IMG/VR virus record: IMGVR_UViG_3300037296_000220
Location: 38,535 to 102,534 of that record
DNA: 64,000 bases
Origin: a virus
Direction: 5' to 3' (one strand)
The notes beneath the pieces are model-generated. The model saw nothing but the letters and a program-made list of their open reading frames with translations. It did not search any database and was not told the origin of the DNA. This document shows positions 37,006 through 47,554 of the stretch, piece after piece (the first letter of the stretch is position 1; every line of letters starts with the position of its first letter). The translations under genes and the position numbers were made by a program.

Positions 37006-40000
37006 TTATCTCATCGCGGCAATACCCATGATCGTCATGGGGGAATTGTCCAATACAAACTGTGGAGAAGCGCCCAAATCATCTAGCAACATTCGGAACT
37101 GATACTGGGTGTACCCAGAGCTTAATGACATACCAAAACTGAAATTGTGAACGAAATCGGAGGGCTTGTAGGTGTAGATCGTCCCGCCGCCGGCTTGGTA
37201 TTGGTAGTCGTCAGAATACCACTCTCGGGTGTTCACCGTCGACCATCCGCTCCAAGAAACGCCATTATTGCGTCGCCACTGCAGCCTTGCTCTAAACCAG
37301 CCTCCAGCAGTCATGTTAACCATGACGATGACACCGCTCTCGTTAGTCGCGGACCCCGTTTCAAAGGTGATAACTGCTGTATTTGTTCCGATTGTGGACG
37401 TTTTTTCAAACTGCGAAATTGACCCGCTTTCAATTTTGTCTACCGTGATGGCGCCCGTCTCTACCGAATCAGCCTTGACCGCCCCAACAGTTAAAGCGTT
37501 AGCCGTAATGTTGCCCCGGGCTGTCAGGTTGTTGATCTCGACTGAACCCGTCGCAGCGTCTAGTTTGAAGCCAGCGACACCAGAGTCAAAGTTCATGCTG
37601 CGCACTTCGGACTGGATGACCGCGTTGATCATTCGAACCTCACCCGACTCAGTGTCCACGCCAAATACCGGGACAGTTGCGCCCTGGGCTGAGGTGCCAT
37701 CCTTGGAGACCAGAAAGCTATCGGCTGCGATGATGAACTGGCTGGTCACTTCGTCATACTCGTTCAGTTCGGACATCAGCCCAAAGCCGCTGAACACGCC
37801 ATTGTTGTTGATGCTGACGAAGTGCTGTGCTTTAACGCCGTCCACCACTTCACTGATGGTGTTCAGACTGGTTGTATTTTGACCACTGGTTGTCTCAAGG
37901 GTGGTGACGCGCCCCGCAATTGAAGTTTGATCATCGGCCAAGGTCAGGATTTGATCGGTTGCGGTGGCGATGTTCCCATCAATTTCGCTTCTCTGGTCGG
38001 CCACGGTGTTTATTGTGAAGTCACGCAGCACCTGCTCGTCTACCAGGGAGTCGGCCACCGTAGTGCTCAGTTCATTGATCGACTGCGCCAGGGTGGTGTT
38101 GCCCACATCGCTCAGCAAGGAGCCAGACAGCATCGAGTGCGTGATGCCCACAGGGAACAATGACTCAAAGTCTGCTGCGCCGGCTGTCTGGAAGGTGATC
38201 TTCACCAGGTCGGACGCGACATCGGGCTGGAGTCGGTTCAGCTCGCGTATCCACAACGAGTAGTTAGTCTCCGCCACCAGGCCAGCAATGAATGCCCGGG
38301 TCGACGCCAGAGTTGATTTAAGCTGCACAGAGGGGTCTGTGAACTCCGTTGCAAGGCCAGGGGCCATCCATATCTCAAACACGCCCTGACCGCCCCGTGC
38401 GACGATTGATCCCTCTTCCCGCTTGGTTGGCTTCCACACCAGGTCAACGCTGTTGTCACGCGGTGTGGCAACTACGTCAATGGGTGCTGTGGGCGCCACT
38501 GGCTTCACACCGGCCACAATGTGCTGATACAGGGTCGCTTCACCCAGAGACGGACGACGCTCATAGGCATCGATCGGCAGAATCTTCACCTTAACCAGAT
38601 CGCTCGGCTGCACTTCCATCGAGTAGGACTTGGGGTGCTGCCCCATGTAGGCGAAGCCTTCGTCGTTCACGTTCACCCAGACTTCGGACGACTTGTAGCC
38701 CGGGTCGACCACTTCCCAACTGAACGACAAAATGGTGACGACGGCATCCGCGACTGACTGAGGTGCTTCGGTAAAGCCGTTCCAGCCCACGTTCACAATG
38801 CGGCTGGGGGTCGGTGAGTAGTCCTGAATGTCAGTGATCAGGGTTGCGTCAAAGACCGTCTCGTCGTACTCCAGGGCCGTCACGGTGCGGAAGTGATCGT
38901 TCTTGATACCGATGTCACGGATGACGAACGGTTTGGCTTCACGCCCCTGCTTACCCGCAATCCAGGGTGTGTATTCATCGGGCACACGGCTGAACGGCTG
39001 AGTTAGGGTCAGAGTGTCGGTCATGCCGGGAGCGTTGGCGATCGCCCGGGTCTCGACCACGTCGGTGTCGAACAGGTCCAGCAGGTCCCCTATCAGGACG
39101 CCAGAGGCATCACGCAGCACAACCCCCTGCCCTGTCCCGTCTGACCAGGTTTGCTCCACTTCATAGTCGGTGCCGTTGGCCTGGCTCACCGCGCGCTGTA
39201 TCTGCTCGTAGGTGGCTACGCTGAAAGCGCCCAGGTAGACGATGTCACCATTGACCCCTGTCACCTCAAAGGTTTGCAGGTAGTCAGAGGAAAACTTGAC
39301 CAGCACGCTGTCGATGGCTTCACTGATCTCAATCTCTTTGTCGAGCACCAGGGTATTTGCGTCACTACCTTCCGCTGACAGGCCGCCCTGAGACCACTGT
39401 GGCATGTCGTGCTGAATCAGTATCTTGTCGCCTACCTGACAGGCCAGAGCCTCTACAGAGGTCTCGAACGTGACCGTCTGGCTGAGCTTGTTCATGTTCA
39501 GCGCCAGGGTGCCCGCCTTCACGGCCTGGTCGCGGTTGTCTACGCCGCGCAGCTTCAGCTCAGTCGAGCGCACCTTCAGGCGAGACTTGTCGATGGTGGG
39601 GTCGTTGAAAACCTTGTCGCGCAGGGTGACCATGGCTTCCTTGTTGAAGTTGTCCTTGTCGTAATAGACCACCTTCACTTCGTTGGAGCGATCGGAGACC
39701 GTTGTCCAGTTGGTACCCAGGCTGCCCGAGACAATGCTGGCCACGTTGAACATCATGGAAGCCGGCTTACTGCTCTCAATCGACACAGAGATCGTTGTGC
39801 CCGTGTAGAGCTGTATTGCTTGCCCAGTCTGAAAGACAGCTTTAACAGCGTCCCAGGCGTTCTTACGCCCGTCTATGACCCCGTTGAACTTCAAAGCATT
39901 GTCGTCGCAGAACTGAGCCCACTTCAGAAAAGCGGATAGGTGCATCTTGGAATCAGGTCTGCCCGGGCCGTAGCGATCATTGGTCAGTATGTCATACGCA

Positions 40001-41436
40001 ATCCAGGCCGGGTTCTGACTCCATTGCCGGGACCAGTCTTTTGTTTCAGGGTCGTAGACGCGCACACGGATGCCGCGCACCTGAGCCAGCACCTTCGGCA
40101 TCCGGTTAATGACTTCACCCATGCGAATCTTGATGCCGGTCAGAGCGGTCAGCTTGTAGCGCACCTTGCTGTTCAGAATCTCAACAACGCCGCCCAACAC
40201 CAGGTCGTCGCTGTAGTCGTAGTCTTCCAGGCGCGGAGCCGTCGTCGACATGCGGAACTCATAGCCCAACAGCGGGTCAAAGTTCATCGAGGAAAAGGCG
40301 CTGTAACGCAGGGTCTCGCGCTTTTTGCCCTTGTAGCGGATGGTGGATACGCCTGCTGCCGCCAGGTCTGCCTGAGCTTTTGTCAGTGCTTCCTGAGCAA
40401 ATACGGCCTCGTTGCTGTCTACGCCATAGTAGGAACTCATGACATCGTAGTGCTGCTGTGCCTCCTGCACCTGTTCAGCCAGTTCAGCCTGACTGTTGCC
40501 ATCCATCGGCAGCTCTAACCAGGTAGTCGCGCCGGTTTCGCGGTACTGGAACTTGACATCGACGTAGGTGGTCTTTTTGTCGTTGTCGTCGTCATAGGCG
40601 ATCAGACCCTGGGAGAAAGTCAGATCAAAGCGAATCTGATCCATGCCGGGCGGTGACGTGTGTATCAGGGTGTCAGTGTCGTTATGGGCAAATGTGACGG
40701 ACTTGGCGATCGACTGATAAATCTGGTTGAACCAGGGGATGATCGGCTGATCCGCGGTGCCCGCACGATGCTCTATCTCAATGCCGGAGATTTCCGAAGC
40801 GTCGCTCTCATCGATGGTCACTTTCTCGACACCATCGATCTCACCCTCACCCAGGGCCAGCAGCATGAACAAGTCCTGCTTGGTCGGGGTCACGTTGACC
40901 GTGTGTACATCCACCAGGTTGCCGCCGGTCCAGTGCCGGCCATAGATCAGGGGGATGGGCGAACCCTCTTTGGAGTTGTTCTGAGGGCCGTTGACGCCGT
41001 AAGTGTTGGGTGTTTCACCATCTTCGTCGACGATGGGCGGCCAGATGCTGTTGGTCAGCAGGTTGCCGCCGACAGACAAAATGGTGGCCACAGCCCACAG
41101 AGCGGGGTTGGTTGCGACAATGGCAAAGGCGGCAATGGCAAAGCCGGCCTGCAACACGGTGCGGAACTTGCCCCGGTCTTCCTCGTTTTTGCCGCCGGCT
41201 GCGACGATCGGTGTGTAACAGACGTAATCACCGGGGGCGGGAATCGTCGTCGCACACTGCTCGTCTGGGATATGTTCGCCATTCAGGAAGACGGCGTGAT
41301 ACTCAGCAATGTCACCACCGAGCAGTTCCAGCAGAGTCTTGGCCTCAAAGTCGAGTTGATACCGCACATGGCCATCATTGGAGAAGTCCAGCGGGTTGGT
41401 AACGATGATCAGTTCAATCTTGGCGTTTGTATTCAT
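37006..41436 (-). CDS. Central tail tip protein (lambda J-like, with I-like N-terminus)
   Basis: PIPLIYG, LGEGEI, NPAWIAYDILT, ALEYD, FN3-like domain, coiled coil. Confidence 0.9.
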   Translation of the reverse strand: MNTNAKIELIIVTNPLDFSNDGHVRYQLDFEAKTLLELLGGDIAEYHAVFLNGEHIPDEQCATTIPAPGDYVCYTPIVAAGGKNEEDRGKFRTVLQAGFAIAAFAIVATNPALWAVATILSVGGNLLTNSIWPPIVDEDGETPNTYGVNGPQNNSKEGSPIPLIYGRHWTGGNLVDVHTVNVTPTKQDLFMLLALGEGEIDGVEKVTIDESDASEISGIEIEHRAGTADQPIIPWFNQIYQSIAKSVTFAHNDTDTLIHTSPPGMDQIRFDLTFSQGLIAYDDDNDKKTTYVDVKFQYRETGATTWLELPMDGNSQAELAEQVQEAQQHYDVMSSYYGVDSNEAVFAQEALTKAQADLAAAGVSTIRYKGKKRETLRYSAFSSMNFDPLLGYEFRMSTTAPRLEDYDYSDDLVLGGVVEILNSKVRYKLTALTGIKIRMGEVINRMPKVLAQVRGIRVRVYDPETKDWSRQWSQNPAWIAYDILTNDRYGPGRPDSKMHLSAFLKWAQFCDDNALKFNGVIDGRKNAWDAVKAVFQTGQAIQLYTGTTISVSIESSKPASMMFNVASIVSGSLGTNWTTVSDRSNEVKVVYYDKDNFNKEAMVTLRDKVFNDPTIDKSRLKVRSTELKLRGVDNRDQAVKAGTLALNMNKLSQTVTFETSVEALACQVGDKILIQHDMPQWSQGGLSAEGSDANTLVLDKEIEISEAIDSVLVKFSSDYLQTFEVTGVNGDIVYLGAFSVATYEQIQRAVSQANGTDYEVEQTWSDGTGQGVVLRDASGVLIGDLLDLFDTDVVETRAIANAPGMTDTLTLTQPFSRVPDEYTPWIAGKQGREAKPFVIRDIGIKNDHFRTVTALEYDETVFDATLITDIQDYSPTPSRIVNVGWNGFTEAPQSVADAVVTILSFSWEVVDPGYKSSEVWVNVNDEGFAYMGQHPKSYSMEVQPSDLVKVKILPIDAYERRPSLGEATLYQHIVAGVKPVAPTAPIDVVATPRDNSVDLVWKPTKREEGSIVARGGQGVFEIWMAPGLATEFTDPSVQLKSTLASTRAFIAGLVAETNYSLWIRELNRLQPDVASDLVKITFQTAGAADFESLFPVGITHSMLSGSLLSDVGNTTLAQSINELSTTVADSLVDEQVLRDFTINTVADQRSEIDGNIATATDQILTLADDQTSIAGRVTTLETTSGQNTTSLNTISEVVDGVKAQHFVSINNNGVFSGFGLMSELNEYDEVTSQFIIAADSFLVSKDGTSAQGATVPVFGVDTESGEVRMINAVIQSEVRSMNFDSGVAGFKLDAATGSVEINNLTARGNITANALTVGAVKADSVETGAITVDKIESGSISQFEKTSTIGTNTAVITFETGSATNESGVIVMVNMTAGGWFRARLQWRRNNGVSWSGWSTVNTREWYSDDYQYQAGGGTIYTYKPSDFVHNFSFGMSLSSGYTQYQFRMLLDDLGASPQFVLDNSPMTIMGIAAMR

Positions 41437-41797
41437 AAAACCCTACTGTGCGATGCTTCCAGCGGCCCAGGTCGTCCAAGATGACGCCCCCTGAAGCCTC
41501 CCAGGTATGAAGAAAATCGGTGCCGTTCAGGCAGAACCCGACGTGACTGGCAACCCCGGCGATCTTCAGCAGCACAACGCTGCCCAAGCGCGGCTCGGGT
41601 ATGGACTGCCAGCGGCCCAAGCTCAAATTCATCATGGTTGAGATAATCTTGGCGTTCTCAGACCAGGGCTCACTCTGGATCTCGATGCCCAGGCGACGGT
41701 GCATTTCCATCACCAAGCCGTAACAATCCAGGCTATCGCTACCTGGCCGTGCCCCGTAACGAAACGGGGTGCCGATCAGGTCTTCAAACTCAACCAC
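41414..41797 (-). CDS. NlpC/P60 tail protein (K-like)
   Basis: GTPF..G...DCYGLV, HVG, FLH. Confidence 0.85.
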   Translation of the reverse strand: MVEFEDLIGTPFRYGARPGSDSLDCYGLVMEMHRRLGIEIQSEPWSENAKIISTMMNLSLGRWQSIPEPRLGSVVLLKIAGVASHVGFCLNGTDFLHTWEASGGVILDDLGRWKHRTVGFYEYKRQD

Positions 41798-42416
41798 GGA
41801 CGATGATGCCTGGCATGCCGCCGTAGTTGCCCTCGTTGTCGTGTGCTCGGCATCCATTGGCGCCGGCCAGCGACAGGTCACAGGTGGGCATGGCCCCGCT
41901 GTAGCCGCAGTTTTGTGACTTGTAGATGAAGGAGCAGACGTTCTTCAGGGCGACCCGGGCAGGCACGTTTTGGTTTAGTGGGTTGTCAACGCCCAGCTCC
42001 CAGGTGACGACATAGTCTTTCACCGATGAATTGGTGATGGCGAAGTCATCCGACAGCTCCACTTCGCTGGTCAGAGCGTCTTTGTCCGGGCCTGTGACCA
42101 CCAGAACTTTGACGTTCGAGCCCGTGCCACCCTTGTAGGTCTGCAGGTAGCTCTGCACCATCTGCAACTGGTCCTGGATCGAAATGTTCACGCTCGGCGT
42201 CGAGTCGGACCTTTTGTCGATCTGGATCTCGAACGGCAATGCCTGGTAGGCCTCGCCATCAATGGTCACGTCTTCATCGTTCTGCACAAACCGCAGGGTG
42301 TCGATGAACGACTGGGTCGCTTCATCCCAGACCTCGATCTGCAAGGCAAACAAGAACGGCTGATCTGAGTGCAGCTTGTTCTTTTCGATAACGGTCAATA
42401 GGCTGAGATTATTCAT
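41790..42416 (-). CDS. Minor tail protein (L-like)
   Basis: C-terminal CSFIYK...CGYSG...CD......C Cys motif. Confidence 0.8.
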   Translation of the reverse strand: MNNLSLLTVIEKNKLHSDQPFLFALQIEVWDEATQSFIDTLRFVQNDEDVTIDGEAYQALPFEIQIDKRSDSTPSVNISIQDQLQMVQSYLQTYKGGTGSNVKVLVVTGPDKDALTSEVELSDDFAITNSSVKDYVVTWELGVDNPLNQNVPARVALKNVCSFIYKSQNCGYSGAMPTCDLSLAGANGCRAHDNEGNYGGMPGIIVRG

Positions 42417-42442
42417 AATTCACACTTAGTAGTTTGTGTGTA

Positions 42443-42796
42443 TTAGACCTCTTCGAGGCCCCATTGGTCAAGGTTGTATTTGTGTTGGCCACCTACACCG
42501 ATGTAGATCCAGTCGGGCGGTGCCGTAAATCGAACCTTCATCAGAACACCGGTCGTTGGGTGGGTGTAGTCAAAAATAGTATGAGTGCCGTGTTCATCCC
42601 AGAAGGCCTCCAGCTCCAACCATTCAGCCTGGGTGAGTTCGGTAAACCCCGTCATCAGCTTGCGGCGGGGTTTACGGGTATGGCGGCGACGGGTATGTGC
42701 ATACCCGCCCTCCATATCCCCGCGGACGGTGTTGTCGACCGAACCCGCCTTGAACTTAGCGCTATCCTGTCGGTTTTGCAGTGGCATGACGGCCAT
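42443..42796 (-). CDS. Distal tail protein (M-like)
   Basis: EGGY..TRRR, FDYTHP, VRF, LEEV; after the tape measure. Confidence 0.75.
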   Translation of the reverse strand: MAVMPLQNRQDSAKFKAGSVDNTVRGDMEGGYAHTRRRHTRKPRRKLMTGFTELTQAEWLELEAFWDEHGTHTIFDYTHPTTGVLMKVRFTAPPDWIYIGVGGQHKYNLDQWGLEEV

Positions 42797-45700
42797 TAGC
42801 GATTTGCTCCTTTTACAGCATCACGAACCGGGCCGGGTTTGCCCAGGTTCCTCAGTAATACATCAACCACGAAACCTTCGCCGTTGAAGCGCATGTCACC
42901 CTGCTGCTCAGCCTGTAGGCGTTCGCCCGACTGGTTGATCAGGTTGAATCCGATCACGGGCGCAACGACTGCTCCAGCACCCCCGCCCTTCATGCCCTCC
43001 ATATCAACCGTCACCGGGATCGATCGCCCGTCTGGCAGCGGCACATAGGCTTCGGGCATACGGCCTTCGCCAAATAGGGCGAGCTGTGGACTGCGAGCGA
43101 TACCCCCGTTGGCATACTTCTTCATGGCCAAAGGCCCATAGGAAGACATGATGCCGCCGCGAGCAAACTCGTTGATACCTACACCGCTGCTCAAGCTGCC
43201 CGACGTGGCGCCACTGGAGCCGGCCCCAAAGAAGCCTGTGGCCCCCTCAAATGCTCGGACCATTGCCATCTTGACCAGGAGCTGGGTGATCATCTTGGTC
43301 ATGCTCTTCAAGAAGCTCTCCAGGTCGGCCTCGCCATCCAGCAACACGTCCGACAGTAGGTCACCCATGCCATTGAGCGAGTCGTACCAGACATCCGACA
43401 TTTGATCGGATATGTCGTAGAACTCTTCGGAGAACTTCAACCAGCCCCGGGTCCAGACACTTGCCTGTTCAGCCCCGGCCATCATCAGGTCGATGTTCTG
43501 CTGCACCAGGCGGAGAGACTCTTCGCTCAGGCTGTCCAGCTGCAGCAAACCATTCAAGGCTTCGATGGTCTGCCGATCGATCTCTACCCCGGCGCCCTTC
43601 GCATCCACGATGTCTCGCTCCAGCTGCAGACGGTCTTCAACCAACTGCTTCTGAATGGCGGCATTCAGGTTATCAGTTGCGGCACCCTCATTGCGGTTGG
43701 CGCCGGCCAGGGCCTGCTGATATTCCTCCATCGCCTGAGCGCTGATACCGAACTGCTGAGCGGTGTCGTTCAGCTGGGTGCGCATTTCCTCAGCTTTGGC
43801 CCGAGTCTCTTCGATGGTGCGAGTTACATCGTTGTATTCAGCCACCACGTTCTGATACTGGCCGAAGTCCAACCCTGACTTGTCGCCTCGCTTCAGCAGG
43901 CGCTGTTCGAGCGAGCCCATTTCAGAGTTCAGATCGGCCAGGCCAGACTGAGCCTCTTTGATGGTGTTGATCGCCTGCTCGGTTTCGTATACCTGGGCGG
44001 CAAGGCCTCGAAGGTCTGTTTCATTTATCTCTTCGCCCGCTTTAACCCAGGCTTTCATCCGAACTTCAAGCTCCGCCAGGTAGGGGTTAGCCTCATTGGC
44101 CTTAGCCTTCATTTCAACCATGCGCTCAGTGATGCGGTTAATCCACTGCTGGTACTGGGGTAGCTCTTTTTTCTCATCACCACCCAGGCTCTCCATGAGA
44201 TCGAAGCCACCTTCTTGACGCATCTGCTCCTGAAGGTTGATCAATTGCTCCTGAAGCACCTGAATTTGAGCGGCAGCGGCAGCCGTAGCTTCGGGCGGGA
44301 TCACCTGACCATTGGCATAGGTGCGCGCCATTTCCGCAGCGACACCATTGATCAACGCCTTTACCTGCTCAACTTCACTCTGCAGGATGGCATTACGCTT
44401 GGAGATACTGGCTTCCAAGAACTCAGTTTGGTACTCATCCCGGGTCACGCCTCGTTCGCGCAGGTCTGCATCTAGGGCATCAAGTTCAGCTTGGTAGCCG
44501 GCGCGAAGCAGCGTTGTACTTCGTGACACTTCGTCCAGCGCCTGCTGAGCTGAAGAGCGGGCTTCACGAATGGCCTGCTGAGTCACAGTCTCGGTGATGC
44601 TGCCGCTCAGTGCTGCCCGGGATTCCACCGCGTATCGGATTGAATTTTCTAACTGGGAGATTTCTTCGCGCAGGCGATCTGGCACAGTTCCAATATAGCG
44701 GTCGCGCTGATCTTCGCGCCTTTGTAATTTGGCTCGCTTGTCTTCCAGTTGCTCATCCAGGTCTTCAATCTGTGCTCGAGCGCTTTCCATTTCCTGCTGA
44801 TTCAGGTCGGAGCGAATACCCTTGCGCAGCTCAGCCCGCAACTCTTCAGCCCGTTTGCGCGTCTGGTAATACTTAAAGCCTAGAGCAGCAACGACCCCGG
44901 CCAGGACGCCCAAAGGCCCAAGGGCAACAGAGGCGGCGGTACCTAGACCACGAAAGGCGGTACCCAACACCGTAGCTGTTTTAGCGGCGGCGCCCTGAGC
45001 AGCACCGGCGGCCGCGACCTTGGTGGTCATGCCACCCATGCCTGCTTGGGCGCGAGCTGACGCGACGGGAATAGCCATTAGTGAGCCGGCGAACTGACTG
45101 ACGTTTGCGCGCCCTTTCAGCATCTGGCCATCGAGACGCATCATGCTGGCGCTGATGCCACCAAACACATTGCCCGCCAGTTTCACAGCTTTGATGGCGA
45201 TGAATATCTGAAGCACAGCACCGATCGCATCCCGATACTCATAGATGAATTGGATGCCGGATCGAATTGTGACGATCAATTGGGTCAGGGCCTGGCCCAG
45301 GTCACGCGCCAAAGTGACAGCCTCATTGGAAGAGAGAAACCCTTCGAGCAACTGGCGCAATGACTCTTTGGCCTCCTCAAAGTAGCCCGCGTCACCAATA
45401 CCTTTGGCAAAGATCAGCCATTTAGTCTGAAGACGGTTCATCAAACCGTCCCAGGTTTTGGCCATTTCAGCGGCGGACCCGGCGTTCTCAAACTGCATCT
45501 GCGCCAACATAGACTTCAGAGCGCGAGTCGACGCCACGCTACCGCTGGAAATCTCTGCGACCAACTCGCCCAGTGGAAGACCTACCCCCCGGGCCATGAC
45601 CACCATCGCGTTGGGGATAGCCTCGCCCAACTGCTGACGCAGCTCTTCCATAGAGATGACGCCCTTACCTGCCATTTGCTGCATGGCGATTGAGGCGCGT

Positions 45701-46218
45701 TTGAGCTGTTCATCTGAGCCGCCGAACTTAGCCACCGAGTCAACCAGGGCCTGCAATGAGCCGTTAGCCGGGTCAATACCCGCACTTCTCATTTTTACAA
45801 ATGAGTCCGTCAATGCGCTAAGGTTGGTTGGTGAGGCTTGGGATAGATCCAGCAGGTACTGCATGGAACCTTCCGCCTCTTTGTTGATGGCGGCCATACT
45901 GCTGGTTTCTTTCGACAGGCCCTTCATCAGCACCTGCATCTTCTCAAGTTGGGCATTGGCACGAATGATGGCACCAAATGTTCCGCCCATGACCTGAACC
46001 AGGGTCTCCAGGGCATAGCGGAAGGCACCCAGTGTTACCAGGGTGTCGCGCATGGTGGCGCCGAAGCCCTGGAATCCACCCTGGGCCCCACGCATGCCGG
46101 TATCGACGCTGCTAACGGTTCGCTGGAACTGACGCAGGGCAGCCGAGTTGACCTTGAGCCGCCCAGTAAAGTTCGCATCGTCCAGTTCGAGTTCTACTAC
46201 AAGCTGCTCAAGAGCCAT
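42796..46218 (-). CDS. Tape measure protein
   Basis: 1140 aa, helical; QQMAGKGVISMEELRQQLGE; C-terminal FARGG/GEGRMPEA. Confidence 0.92.
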   Translation of the reverse strand: MALEQLVVELELDDANFTGRLKVNSAALRQFQRTVSSVDTGMRGAQGGFQGFGATMRDTLVTLGAFRYALETLVQVMGGTFGAIIRANAQLEKMQVLMKGLSKETSSMAAINKEAEGSMQYLLDLSQASPTNLSALTDSFVKMRSAGIDPANGSLQALVDSVAKFGGSDEQLKRASIAMQQMAGKGVISMEELRQQLGEAIPNAMVVMARGVGLPLGELVAEISSGSVASTRALKSMLAQMQFENAGSAAEMAKTWDGLMNRLQTKWLIFAKGIGDAGYFEEAKESLRQLLEGFLSSNEAVTLARDLGQALTQLIVTIRSGIQFIYEYRDAIGAVLQIFIAIKAVKLAGNVFGGISASMMRLDGQMLKGRANVSQFAGSLMAIPVASARAQAGMGGMTTKVAAAGAAQGAAAKTATVLGTAFRGLGTAASVALGPLGVLAGVVAALGFKYYQTRKRAEELRAELRKGIRSDLNQQEMESARAQIEDLDEQLEDKRAKLQRREDQRDRYIGTVPDRLREEISQLENSIRYAVESRAALSGSITETVTQQAIREARSSAQQALDEVSRSTTLLRAGYQAELDALDADLRERGVTRDEYQTEFLEASISKRNAILQSEVEQVKALINGVAAEMARTYANGQVIPPEATAAAAAQIQVLQEQLINLQEQMRQEGGFDLMESLGGDEKKELPQYQQWINRITERMVEMKAKANEANPYLAELEVRMKAWVKAGEEINETDLRGLAAQVYETEQAINTIKEAQSGLADLNSEMGSLEQRLLKRGDKSGLDFGQYQNVVAEYNDVTRTIEETRAKAEEMRTQLNDTAQQFGISAQAMEEYQQALAGANRNEGAATDNLNAAIQKQLVEDRLQLERDIVDAKGAGVEIDRQTIEALNGLLQLDSLSEESLRLVQQNIDLMMAGAEQASVWTRGWLKFSEEFYDISDQMSDVWYDSLNGMGDLLSDVLLDGEADLESFLKSMTKMITQLLVKMAMVRAFEGATGFFGAGSSGATSGSLSSGVGINEFARGGIMSSYGPLAMKKYANGGIARSPQLALFGEGRMPEAYVPLPDGRSIPVTVDMEGMKGGGAGAVVAPVIGFNLINQSGERLQAEQQGDMRFNGEGFVVDVLLRNLGKPGPVRDAVKGANR

Positions 46219-46559
46219 TACCGTTTACCTTTTGCTAATGCCTTCATTCGCTCCCGGGCTCCAGGCGCAGGGGCTTCGATACGGGCTTTCTCAACCCGGA
46301 CTATTTCACCCATGTCGAGATTCAGTTGTTCGACAACCTTCTCGTAGTTCTCCTGACTGACGGCGGCCTTGGATGCGTTGATGAAGCGCAGGTCGTCCGC
46401 AGCTTTAATCCGGTGGATCTGGCCGTTCATCGACCAGAAGCGACGTGCCGGCATGGCCAGCACATCGGTATCCTTGACGTGGTAGAAGTGGCAGAAGCGA
46501 GCAAACAGGAACGCGAAATCGAGGTGCGTTACTCGGTCTCGCTGGTACTGGACTCCCCC
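46218..46559 (-). CDS. Tail assembly chaperone T segment, probably reached by a -1 frameshift
   Basis: The -1 frame is open from GGGGGAG (46553-46559) to the stop at 46218. Confidence 0.7.
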   Translation of the reverse strand, partial: GGVQYQRDRVTHLDFAFLFARFCHFYHVKDTDVLAMPARRFWSMNGQIHRIKAADDLRFINASKAAVSQENYEKVVEQLNLDMGEIVRVEKARIEAPAPGARERMKALAKGKR

Positions 46560-46927
46560 AGCGTTACTGCGTCGCCCTCCGCCTCTGCTTGTTTGGCGGC
46601 CTCTTCCACCAGCTCTTCGTTGGTCTTGTTGGCAAAGTCCACGATGGCTTTGAGTTGGTGAATGTTCAGCGAACCCAGGTCGGCATCCGGCAGGGTTGGA
46701 AGCAGCACACGCACTGAGTCGCGCAGGGCCGATAGAAAGGTTTCAACTTGTTCATCCGGCTGCATGTCCAGCACGTCTTTGGTGTTGCGTGCGGTGCGCA
46801 GGCCGATGATCATCTGATCGATGGTCTGCTCGGCGATCGGGTGAGAAACACCGCGCAGCGTGATGGCTCGGGCAACCGGGCCTGCGACTTCGTCCAGGTT
46901 CAATAAAACGGGTTGATTGCTTTTCAC
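46529..46927 (-). CDS. Tail assembly chaperone G (probable GTG start)
   Basis: GGAG RBS; between tail tube and tape measure. Confidence 0.8.
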   Translation of the reverse strand: MKSNQPVLLNLDEVAGPVARAITLRGVSHPIAEQTIDQMIIGLRTARNTKDVLDMQPDEQVETFLSALRDSVRVLLPTLPDADLGSLNIHQLKAIVDFANKTNEELVEEAAKQAEAEGDAVTLGESSTSETE

Positions 46928-46939
46928 GATCTCTTCTCC

Positions 46940-46964
46940 AAAAAGAGGCGGCCGAAGCCGCCTT
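46940..46964 (-). terminator. Terminator after the tail tube gene
   Basis: AGGCGGC-TTCG-GCCGCCT followed by CTTTTT. Confidence 0.75.
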
Positions 46965-46984
46965 CTCACTTAGTTGTTTGTTTG

Positions 46985-47545
46985 TTATACGACCGCGGTT
47001 ACGTCGCCGTATTGGAACAACACGCCTTCTGCGGTCGGGTAACCAGAGAAGTCAGAGTTGAACACCCGCTCCTGGTCGGTCTTGTACGCGAAGTTCATCG
47101 CGCCCGGGGCAGATGCTTTCGGAATGACCACGTCTTCGCTGTAGTCGTCGTCCAGCAGGCCCACCGGGTGCAGAACGAGCTGGCGCGCGGTCTGAATCAG
47201 GGAGGTGCCCACGCCGGTCTTTACTTCGACGTAGCGCTTGGTGGGTTCAGTACCATCAGTGATCAGGGTCGCACCTGGGATCAGGGCTACCATGTTCTCC
47301 AAAGTGGTCTCGGCCAGAGGCACCGTCACTTTGATGTTTCGACCGATGATGGTTTCATCAACGATGGTCTCACCAAACTGATCCACTTTGGTCTGACGGG
47401 TGTCAGTTGTTACTTCACAATCAACACCGCCGATGGTGAGACCCATGTCGGTCATCATCACACCAGTGCCGTTGTAGTCGATGTCGCCGTTCGGGTCTTC
47501 GTAAAGGACTTTACAAGTTCCCAGGCGCAGGTTTTCAGTACCCAT
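46985..47545 (-). CDS. Major tail tube protein
   Basis: LG.C.V, GLTIGGV, VDQFG, LAETTLEN; position in tail module. Confidence 0.82.
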   Translation of the reverse strand: MGTENLRLGTCKVLYEDPNGDIDYNGTGVMMTDMGLTIGGVDCEVTTDTRQTKVDQFGETIVDETIIGRNIKVTVPLAETTLENMVALIPGATLITDGTEPTKRYVEVKTGVGTSLIQTARQLVLHPVGLLDDDYSEDVVIPKASAPGAMNFAYKTDQERVFNSDFSGYPTAEGVLFQYGDVTAVV

Positions 47546-47554
47546 TGCTTACTC

